Source: Eledone cirrhosa (Eukaryota). Taken from it: a stretch of DNA of 64,000 bases. Shown here in pieces: positions 53,759 through 64,000 of this stretch. Position 1 is the first letter of the stretch, and every line of letters starts with the position of its first letter. The DNA lies in assembly GCA_964016885.1 (NCBI GenBank), contig OZ024763.1:26350001-26414000 (forward strand). The letters are read 5' to 3'. Below the pieces are notes generated by a model. That model was not told the DNA's origin. It did no database searches and saw nothing but the letters and a program-made list of their open reading frames with translations. The position numbers were made by a program, and so were the translations under genes.

Positions 53759-54244
53759 CTTCTGGAATGTGATCTGGACCGACTGCTTCCCGACGAGGAT
53801 TGACTGTAACCACTACTGGAACTGGAGCGGGATCGACTCCGACTGGAGGAACGAGAAACTGATACAGAACCCTTACGTCTGCTGCTGTGCCGACTGCTCG
53901 CTTGTGAATTCGAACAGGTCGGTGATAGTGTGGGCACCCGGGGCCGATCAAAGCTCTCCCGATCGCTGGCATACTGTTCGTGATAGCGTTCATCAAAGGA
54001 ATGCTTCTGCAAGCTGCTTGTGATGCCGCTGGCCACAGCTGCAGTACTGTTGCCTCCCCCGCTTACAGGCACTACACTGCTCTGGTTCACCCCAGCACCA
54101 CCGCTGACACCACCGGCACTCGTGCTTCCTCCACTGACCGCTGTTGTTGCACCACTCCCCGTACCACTAACGCTGATAACGTTCGCTGCACCCGTGACAG
54201 TGCCCGACACACTGGCACCAACAGATTTTGGTCGTTGAGCTGTC
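53759..54244 (-). CDS. spen: SPEN exon, 486 nt, phase 2-2, Gly/Ser-rich then RS-rich
   Basis: Acceptor tttttctctattgcag, donor AG|GTCAGT; frame of ORF 53743..54210. Confidence 0.88.
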
Positions 54245-54590
54245 CTGCAATAGAGAAAAAAGAGAAGAATACATTTAAAGACAATTCATATAGCATCATC
54301 ATCATCATCATCATCATTACCATCAGACTCACCATCATCATCATTACCATCATCATCATACTTATCACTAACACTAACATCACTATCATAATCATCTCCA
54401 TCGTTACTATCACCCTCTCCATCACCATCATTAGCATTATCAACATCATAATCATCAACATTTTTCCAGTACACTTTCTCTAACAAAAGTCAGATGGGTT
54501 GTCAACAAACTGGGTCACTACTTTAGTGGAGTTATTGACCCTTCAGATTGGCCAGGAGCCTGCAGCTCCCTTTCTTAAAATAAACTACAT

Positions 54591-54826
54591 AACCATTTAT
54601 ACAGCCCTTGACAAAGTGGACTGCTAAACCATTTATTCAGCCCTTGTCCAAATGAACTTCTAAACCATTTATCCAGCCCTTGTCCAAATGGACTTCTTAG
54701 CCATTTATCTAGTTCTTGACAAAATGGACTTCTAAACCATTTATCCAGCCCTTCACTAAATGGACTTCTAAATTATTTATTCAACCCTTGACCAAGTGGG
54801 CTTCTTTACCATTTATTCAGTCCTTG
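54591..54826. repeat. 36-bp minisatellite, about 6.5 copies
   Basis: aaccatttat.cagcccttg.caaa.tggacttcta at 54591, 54627, 54663, 54699 and 54735. Confidence 0.85.
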
Positions 54827-54879
54827 TTACAAAGCAGTCCCCCACACAATATGATAGTCATGATCTTTGACCAACTTAC

Positions 54880-55044
54880 CGCTCATATTGCTTGGTAAAC
54901 GTGGTTCTGTTGCGTTGGTAAGACCTCGACTGATGCTGCACTTGCTCATCATAAGGGTATCTGTTCTCAAACTGGTTTGTTTCCCTTGCGCTGCTGCTGC
55001 CACTGTAATAATACTCCCTGTATGTGTCTTCTTCATCCAAGCTA
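54880..55044 (-). CDS. spen: SPEN exon, 165 nt, phase 2-2 (SLDEEDTYREYYY...FTKQYER)
   Basis: Acceptor ttttgttttacag, donor GTAAGT, open frame joining the next exon; not in the ORF track in this frame. Confidence 0.8.
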
Positions 55045-55364
55045 CTGTAAAACAAAACAAGAGAAAAACAGGATTAAATCACGGTGTCCATAGGCTGATG
55101 GGTTGACAGAATGAAACAGGGTTTGTTTAGTTTTATCTTTCTTATAGACTGCAGAAACCTGGGCAGAAATTAATAATAAATTCTGTGTAAAAAGTTAAAT
55201 AGAAATTAAAAGTGAGACAAGATTTAGCAAACACCTGAAATAGATCAACCATTCTCAGCTTCATTATAAACGCATATATACAGCGTGTCCCCCCAAAATG
55301 TATACATTTTTAGGACACCCTGTGTGTGTGTGTGTGTGTGTGTGTGTGCATGTATATGTGTATG

Positions 55365-55408
<44 letters not shown>

Positions 55409-55624
55409 ATTGGGTATAAATCAAAGTTGTAGCTGCTATGTAGCAGGTACTATTCAAGTTGTTTGGGGCCATCACAACGCACTCAGTGGAGCAAGAAGTT
55501 AATACATTACTGCCCAGAGTAAACAACGGTTAAAAATTTTGACACAAAGAAAAACGACCGAAGTCAGTGGCCATACATATACTATAACAACAAAAAATAC
55601 ATATATATATACAGAGAGAGAAAA

Positions 55625-55733
<109 letters not shown>

Positions 55734-56066
55734 TGTATGTATATACTAGTAGCAGTACCTGGCCTGGCCTTGCCTGGTTTTATGAAAAATATCAGAAAGA
55801 AGCAGATAACCGGCTCTGCAAAATTCCAGCACGCAAGTAAAATCTGTGGCCTATAACTTATAACTATGATATATATACATTAAAACAATATCTATATTAA
55901 ACTTATTACAAGATCAATATAAACTAATATAAACTAAATAACAGATACAGGAATAGGCATGACTAAGAATTTCACTTAGCAACCACATTTCATTTAATGC
56001 ATTACAACAGCTGTTATGTAAGAAATGAAATGTGGTGAAGTTTAAACTTATTGACTTTACTTCATT

Positions 56067-56253
56067 GGTGGATTGGCAGTATCGGTAGAGGGTCGGACGC
56101 CATGCTTTGTAGCACAGTTATGTCCCTTTACGGACTGAGTTCAAATCCCGCCGAGGTTAACTTTGCCTTTCATCCTTACGGGGTCGATAAAATAAAGTAC
56201 CAGTAATACACTGGGATAATTGCTGGCCTTGTGCCAAAAAGTAGAAACAATTA
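56067..56253 (+). mobile_element. tRNA-derived SINE, the only plus-strand copy of this family seen
   Basis: A box TGGCAGTATCGG, B box GAGTTCAAATCC; central GCCTTTCATCCTTACGGGGTCGATAAAAT resembles the Meta-type SINE core (from memory). Confidence 0.85.
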
Positions 56254-56602
56254 TGAATAAATAAATAAAAACACACACCTGGTCGCAATGCATGTGCATG
56301 CCAAGTACACAACACACAAAAAAAAAGGAGAGACAAAAAATAAAAAATCAGTGACTGAGGAGGACACAATGTTGTGTGACAAAAGAGCTTTGGCAATATA
56401 TAAACCATCTGGAAATTTATAATAAATTGAACTGAAAACCAACAGGTGCGAGGTTTTTTATCGACAGCATGACTCTCCCAAAATATAACAATATTGTGTG
56501 AGAAAGAGAGAGTGCGCACGTGAGAAGAAAACAGAAACAACAATGCTAACGCACAGTACAATGAAGAAATGTATTAGTTTAACGCTTGATATAGTAGAAA
56601 AA

Positions 56603-56643
56603 TAGTCCTAACGTTTCGGACACTAGTCCTTCATCAAAAGATA
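56603..56643 (-). ncRNA. Degenerate minimal hammerhead-ribozyme-like motif, probably a Penelope-like element remnant
   Basis: Minus strand UCUU-UUGAUGA-A-GGAC UAGU GUCC-GAAAC-GUU-AGGA; C3 is U. Confidence 0.5.
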
Positions 56644-56746
56644 GAATGAGAAAAAGATGAAATAGAAAGATTGAGAGTAAAAAGAGGAAGGAAAGGGGAA
56701 AATGCTTGGGGGGGCAGCAACAAAAAAACGTATTCATTCAGCCATT

Positions 56747-56928
<182 letters not shown>

Positions 56929-57239
56929 TATTTTTGTATGTTTTGCAAGATTCTTGATGTGAATTTGTGGGTTGAAAGCAGATAGTTATATTTTGGGAGA
57001 AAGACAAGATGAAATAACTAAAACAAAATGAAAACAAAGAGGAAACAGAGGTGAACAAAAATAGTTGTAGAGAAGGTCACAGGATGTGGGATGAAATAAA
57101 TCTGACAAATAAATATTCGAGGAATGGATTAGTTACCTAAACCTAAAAGCCAAAGTGAAACTCAACAGGCACATGTGTTTTTATTGGCAGCATGACCCTC
57201 CCAAAGCAAAACTGTATGTGCCTAAGTTTAGACTCCACA

Positions 57240-57471
57240 TTAACCCTTTAGCATTTACCAGCCATATCCAGCCAGAATTCTCTAGCCTCTTTCTGTTCAA
57301 ACTGGTTGTAACCAGCCACTCATACTGATGTGATGTTAAGGTATTGTTCTCAAAATGAATAACATCAAAATTGCATAGATTTGACATTATGTGAGATAAT
57401 TATGGGAAGTAAAGCCTTTACCATGAAAATAAAATAGTATATATAGAGTAATGTAAATGCGAAAGGGTTAA
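57240..57471. mobile_element. piggyBac-type MITE
   Basis: TTAA-CCCTTTAGCATTTAC ... GTAAATGCGAAAGGG-TTAA. Confidence 0.88.
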
Positions 57472-57717
57472 GGACTTAATGCTACAAATTTTCACAACAA
57501 TCTGTCCACTAGTAAAGATACTATAAACATTTTAAAGATCAATCCATTTGGAAAGAATCGCTGAAAAACCCATTTAAACCATGCCAGCGTAGAAAAATGG
57601 ACGTTAAACGATGATGATGATGATGATGATACATATTAATGAAATATAATCATTAGAAGTAATAAAGCACTGTTTATCATTTAGGTCAATAGATATAATA
57701 ATAAAGTGTAGGAAATA

Positions 57718-58075
57718 TTATGGACATGTTATTAGAATGTCTCAGGAAAGAATCGCTGGACAGATTTGTAGCTCGGAGAACAGAATCACTCCAGGTAGAG
57801 CTGCTACTTCTCCGAATTGTGAGATCACAGCTCTGATACTATGGGCATGTGGTTAGAATGTCTCATGAAAGAATAACTGGACAGATTTTACTGGCAAAAC
57901 CAAATGGCAGGACACCTAAGTAAGATGCTTGGATAACATCCATGAGCTTGATGTTCTTGCTTAGGGATCCAGCCAGATCACTTGGAGATGGTTGCTTCTA
58001 ACAGGACCCACTGGAAGGAGTGTTTGAGGACTGTGCCCCTCATGACTCTCTCAAGAATAAGAGGAAGAGGATGAC
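57718..58075 (+). mobile_element. Decayed LINE RT C-terminal fragments (RTE-like)
   Basis: Two copies translating to (Y)GHV(I/V)RMS(Q/H)ERI.GQI, then a KPNGRTP remnant. Confidence 0.6.
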
Positions 58076-58145
58076 GAGGGAGAAGAAATCCATGTTTAGA
58101 TTGGGGAGAGTGGGAGAGACAGTTTCTTTCACCTTCTCACCTGGT

Positions 58146-58300
58146 ATTGACTATGGTTTAGCTGGCCGTGGGAAATACTATGGTATGTATACACCCCTAA
58201 AGCTGGGCATTGACCAGGGTTTAGCTGGCCGTGGGAAATACTATGGTATGTATACACCCCTAAAGCTGGGCATTGACCAGGGTTTAGGTGGCCGTAGGAG
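58146..58300. repeat. 63-bp tandem repeat, about 2.5 copies
   Basis: attgac..ggttta at 58146, 58209 and 58272. Confidence 0.85.
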
Positions 58301-58545
58301 ATGCTATGTGAAGTACATTCCCTATAACTGCTTCTTTTGCACTTTTCTCCTAAACCATTACACGATGTGCAAGAGTCGGTATGATACAATCAACGGAGGC
58401 AGAAAATGGTGTTGGTAATACGACTAACCAACAAGTTTATATACTAAAAGAATGAGAGTGAAAACCTCCGTGCATCCCACATGCAACTTAGCTATCAAGC
58501 CTAGCTCGGAGCTTGAAATATAAATACACTACACACACTACACAT

Positions 58546-59523
58546 AGTGGACAGCTTCCATTACCTGGGTGATAAAATCAGCAGTAGGGGAGGGTGCTCT
58601 GAAAGTACAGTAGCTAGAGTCAGAACGGGATGGAAAAAGTTCAGAGAGCTTATACCACTATTGGCTGCTAAAGGGTTCTCTCTAAAAATGAAAGGCAGGC
58701 TGTATGATGCCTGCATACGAACAGCAATGTTACATGGCAGTGAGACTTGGGCATTGTGTGCAGAGGATATACGCAGACTGGAGAGGAACGAAGCGTGCAT
58801 GCTCCGCTGGATGTGTAATAGTAATATACGTGTATGGCAAAGCATAAACGAACTAAGGGAGAAATTAGAAATAAGAGGGATCAGATGTTGTTTACTCGAA
58901 AGAAGACTACGTTGGTATGGTCACGTGATGCGCATGAAAGACGACAGCTGTATAAAAAAGTGCAGGGCAATAAAAATAGACGGTAGCTACTGAGTAGGCA
59001 GACCCAGAAAAACCTGAGACGACTTGACAAATTCCGACCTCACACACTTACACCTCTCCAAGACAATGTCACTGGACCGAGATCTTTGGCGCTACACAGT
59101 AATAGAGAAGACCCGCCTTACCTAAATGCAAAGTGAAACCTACTACAGTCAGTAGGCACCTCTAACAAAATACACCCTCCGTCCCACTACCCCCACCCCA
59201 TCCACACCACCCCTTTCGATGTAAAGTTATGTTGGTACCACAACATCCAGCCCGAAACAAATGAGGTCGTGTAGGTGCCACGACAAAAAAACATACAGTC
59301 CACGCTGTAATGTGGCCGTGTAGGTAACACGGTAAAAACCTCCCAATTCCATACTGTAAATGTGGTTGGTGTTAGGAAGGGCATCCAGCCGTAGAAAACC
59401 CGCCAGACAGTCCTATGCGAGCAAGACAACCACTCTTGCCTCAAATGGGAAAACTCCCGTCCAAACCCACGCAAGCGTGGAATATGGACATTAAACGAAG
59501 ATGATGATGATGATGATGATGAT

Positions 59524-59524
<1 letters not shown>
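58546..59524 (+). mobile_element. 5'-truncated RTE-clade LINE: RT C-terminus, 3' UTR and (GAT)n tail
   Basis: FHYLG...ARVRTGWKKFREL...RLYDACIRTAMLHGSETW...RRLRWYGHVMRM, then GRPRKT after an in-frame stop; typical of RTE ORF ends. Confidence 0.9.
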
Positions 59525-59578
<54 letters not shown>

Positions 59579-59989
59579 TATATTTATATACACACAAACA
59601 CACGCGCGTAAATATATATGCACAGACACTCATGATCAGCAAATAAAACAAATTCAGGTCAGAAAGAAACCAACCACTAACACCAACAACAACAACATGA
59701 GGATGAGAGACATGTTTATGTGAGTGAAAATAAGATGAAAGCAAAGAAGCTCTCCGATGAGTCACAATAGTGTGAGAACTGGGTTGATTGTCACAGTTGG
59801 TGAGTTTTGTGTCAACATTTCATATTCAGCTTGATCATTACTACTGGGTGTAGGGTGTGGTGTGATGAATACATAGGTGGGTAGGATATGTGTGTGTGGG
59901 GGGGGGGGGGGGGGAATATATGTACAGATAGGTGTGGAGGAATAGGTGTATATATAGGTGTAGGGGGATAGGTGTGTATATAGATGTGG

Positions 59990-60245
59990 AGGGATAGGTG
60001 TGTGTATAGGTGTGTATATAGATAGGTGTGTGTATGTGTATATATAGATAGGTGTGTGTATGTGTATATAAATAGGTGTGTATGTGTATATAGATAGGTG
60101 TGTGTATGTGTATATAGATAGGTGTGTGTATGTGTATATAGATAGGTGTGTGTATGTGTATATAGATAGGTGTGTGTATGTGTACATAGATAGGTGTGTG
60201 TATGTGTATATAGATAGGTGTGTGTATGTGTATGTAGATAAGTAT
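59990..60245. repeat. 24-bp repeat TAGATAGGTGTGTGTATGTGTATA
   Basis: Directly visible. Confidence 0.9.
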
Positions 60246-61092
60246 GTGTATGGGGGGGGGGGGGGCACACAAAACCCCCAAAAAGTTCAATAGAGACAGC
60301 CAAGACTATAGGGAGCTGTAGTAAAGTACAAGGTATTGCCACTGCTATTGCTGGTGCTGTTGTCATACTCAGGGCCCCTGGTTCAATTCCTGCTGAAGTT
60401 GATAAAAATATATTTCAGTAATACCACACCACCACACCATTACCACCACCACCACCACCACCACCACCACTAACACCGATATACATTGGCCTTGAGCTTA
60501 GAAAAATCAATATGAGACCATATTTTATACACATGAACAAACAAAGATACACAGACATCAACACATGCAAACTAAATACACACACACACACACACACACA
60601 CAGTCATTTGATATTCTTTACAGGTTAATGTTTCATTGAAATAGAGTTAACGATTGTTAATTGTGATGGTTGGGGTAGGGAGCTTGAGAGAGAGAGAGAG
60701 AGAGTGCATGCGGGTGCGTCTTTAGATATTTTCTACTTACATCATGTTAATAGATAATACTATAAATGTTCACAACAATATGTTTATTGATAAAGATACT
60801 ATAAACATTTGAATTAACAAACTTCATTACAGGATGTTAAGAGTTGAGGTTGAAGATAATCCCCAGTTGCAGATGTAAAAAAAAACAAAAAAACTGCTTT
60901 GACATGGTTTAAATTACATGGCACTGGGGTTTTACACAGATGAACTTAAAGGCTGGTATCAACACTTGTAGAAGTGTATTGACCTACATGGAGCATATGT
61001 TAAATAAATAAACATCACAACTTAAACTGATTTTTCCAACTGTCCTTTTCCCACAAACTTTTTGAAATACCCTCATATATGTACAACGTGAT

Positions 61093-61525
61093 AGCACATG
61101 GCTTAGTGGATAGAGCATTGGGCTTGCAATCATGACTTTGTAAGTTCCATTCCTAGACCGAGTGATGTGTTGTATCCTTGAGCAAGACACTTTTATTTCA
61201 CATTCCTCCAGTTTACTCAGCTGTAGAAATGAGTTGCGACATCACTGGTGCCAAGCTGTATCGGCCATTGCCCTTTCCCTTGGACAACATATATAGTGTG
61301 TATATGTACTGTTTATATAGTGTATGTGTGTTTTTATCTCTCTCTCTCTATATATATCACTGTCGCCAAGCTGTATTGGCCATTGCTTTTCCCTTGGACA
61401 ACATCAATGGCGTGGAGAGGAAAGACTGGTATGCATAGGTGACTGCTGGTCTTCTACAAAAACACTTTCCCAAGACTAGTGTCTTGGAGAGGAACTTTCT
61501 AGATACAAATCCCATTGTCATTCTT
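61093..61525 (+). mobile_element. tRNA-derived SINE with the same head as 1370-1707 but a different 3' body
   Basis: GCACATGGCTTAGTGG...CCTTGAGCAAGACACTT...CTCAGCTGTAGAAATGAG shared, then diverges; internal duplication gccaagctgtat.ggccattgc. Confidence 0.8.
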
Positions 61526-61643
61526 GGTATTTACGCTTACCTTTTATATGTACGATAAAACAAGGGCATCAAAGCCACAAACTCACAGGTGCAACAAATA
61601 CAATAAACCCAGCAATTTCTATTTAACATAACACATAATTGCT

Positions 61644-61849
61644 TTAACCCTTTAGCATTTATACCGGCCATATCTGGCCAGAATTCTCTCATCTCTTTCT
61701 GTTCAAACCAGCCACCTATGCTGAAGTTAGGGTATTGTTTTCAAAATAAATAACATCAAAATCTCATAGATTCGATATTTTGTGAGATAAAGCCTTTACC
61801 TTGAAAATACAACAGTAAATATAGAGTAATGTAAATGGTAAAGGGTTAA
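61644..61849. mobile_element. piggyBac-type MITE
   Basis: TTAA-CCCTTTAGCATTTA ... TAAATGGTAAAGGG-TTAA. Confidence 0.88.
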
Positions 61850-61959
61850 ATATATCAGTCTAAGAGATGGAGAGATGTGAGATAAGGTATGGCCATATGC
61901 TGAAGAAACCATTTAGCTTTATTATTTATAGGGCAATATTACAAAGTTATGTCACTAAT

Positions 61960-62240
61960 AACTCAGATATGCAAATTATACCTTCATATATGCAAATTAC
62001 AGTAACACACAACTTCATATATGCAAGTTAGTCACATCTCAGATATGCAAATCATAGTAACGACTCAGTTATGCAAATATTACAGCAGCAACTCAGATAT
62101 GCAAATATCACAGCAACAACTCATATTCAAATTACAGCAACATCTCAAATATGCAAATATTAAAGCAACGACTTAAGTATTGAAATATTACAGCAACAAC
62201 TCAAATATGCAAATTACAGTAACAACTGAGATGTGCAAAC
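61960..62240 (+). promoter_or_regulatory. Degenerate ~26-bp repeat carrying seven perfect octamer motifs ATGCAAAT (candidate POU-factor cluster)
   Basis: ATGCAAAT at 61969, 61990, 62045, 62071, 62099, 62151 and 62207; function is inferred only. Confidence 0.45.
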
Positions 62241-62438
62241 AGTGAGAAATTGAATGTCAGACGATATAATTTTCATATTTGATATATCTACTTCACTAAC
62301 ATGCATCATAGCGACTGCTGCTGCTGCACATCTGACTGCAGAAATCACTGCATTGCTAACATCTATGCACCACAACATTGCAGTTAAGCAGTCACTGCAA
62401 CATCCTATGTAGATCATGTAATCATCTTGATAGAGATT

Positions 62439-62439
<1 letters not shown>

Positions 62440-62470
<31 letters not shown>

Positions 62471-62549
62471 TATACGCCCACATATATACACACACATATA
62501 TATACGTACATATACATATATACACACACATATATATATATATACATAC

Positions 62550-62584
<35 letters not shown>

Positions 62585-62741
62585 CGTATATATATATATA
62601 TATATATATATACATACGTATATATATATATATATATATATATACATACGTATATATATATATATATATATATACATACGTATATATATATATATATATA
62701 TATATACATACGTATATATATATATATATATATATACATAC

Positions 62742-62780
<39 letters not shown>

Positions 62781-62781
62781 C

Positions 62782-62818
<37 letters not shown>

Positions 62819-62819
62819 C

Positions 62820-62856
<37 letters not shown>

Positions 62857-62889
62857 CGTATATATATATATATATATATATATACATAC

Positions 62890-62928
<39 letters not shown>

Positions 62929-62964
62929 CGTATATATATATATATATATATATATACATACGTA

Positions 62965-63002
<38 letters not shown>

Positions 63003-63039
63003 CATACGTATATATATATATATATATATATATACATAC

Positions 63040-63074
<35 letters not shown>

Positions 63075-63291
63075 CGTATATATATATATATATACATACG
63101 TATATATATATATATACATACGTATATATATATATATATACATATACATACGTATATATATATATATATATATATATACATACGTATATATATATATATA
63201 TATACATACGTATATATATATATATATATACATACGTATATATATATATATACATATACATACGTATATATATATATATATATATACATAC

Positions 63292-63335
<44 letters not shown>

Positions 63336-63556
63336 ATATATAAATATACATACGTATATATATAATATATATATATACACACATACATATATAAATATAC
63401 ACACATACATATATAAATATACACACAAATATAGATATACACACACACACACACATATATATATACACACATATATATATATATATATATATACATACAC
63501 CCACATACATATATATGCCCACATATATACGTACATATACACACACACATATATAT

Positions 63557-63603
<47 letters not shown>

Positions 63604-63838
63604 CACCCACATACATATATATGCCCACATATATACGTACATATACACATATACACACATATATATATACTTACGTATATATATATTTATATATATATAT
63701 TATATATATATAAACACATACATATATAAATATACATACGTATATATATAATATATATATATACACATACATATATAAATATACACACAAATATAGATAT
63801 ACATACACACATATATACATGCACACACACACACACAC
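62440..63838. repeat. Compound microsatellite, (TA)n punctuated by CATACG
   Basis: Directly visible. Confidence 0.97.
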
Positions 63839-64000
63839 TAAAACAGCAGAAACAGCTAATCCCAACTGAAAACAACCAGTCTGTCTGTCTGCCTGCCTTC
63901 CCCCCCTCTCTCTCCCTGTCAATCTGTCCCCCCTCTCAATTGAGGGGGGGGGGCTTTCCCCCCACCTTCTCCTGTGTGTCAGTCAATCTGCCTCCTCTTT

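Noticed and set aside
59762-59850. Possible upstream SPEN exon (SSNDQAEYEML...), and a similar candidate at 62280-62430
   Set aside because: No convincing acceptor/donor pair or phase fit and no RRM1 similarity.

Overview
Eukaryotic, AT-rich, repeat-dense DNA, most likely octopus/coleoid cephalopod (inferred from remembered SINE families, not from a search). The window lies inside one minus-strand gene, a split ends/SPEN (SHARP/MINT) orthologue. I traced 14 coding exons between 55044 and 1, with GT-AG boundaries and consistent phases. They total 17,521 nt (about 5,840 codons) and include RRM2-RRM4 and one 14,033-nt exon. RRM1 and the SPOC domain were not found and probably lie outside the window. 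Introns hold minisatellites (one of about 9.2 kb), tRNA-derived SINEs, RTE LINE fragments, piggyBac-type, Tc1/mariner-type and foldback MITEs, and microsatellites. Main observations: (1) a 52-bp array built from an exon end plus its splice donor, giving 22 extra donor/poison-microexon cassettes; (2) distinct tandem repeats starting within about 100 nt of 6 of the 13 donors; (3) several CTCF-like acidic Y/F-x-F motifs and a 25-copy His-rich heptad in the giant exon; (4) seven perfect octamer motifs in about 250 bp; (5) degenerate hammerhead-like motifs; (6) inverted repeats that could form dsRNA around exons.
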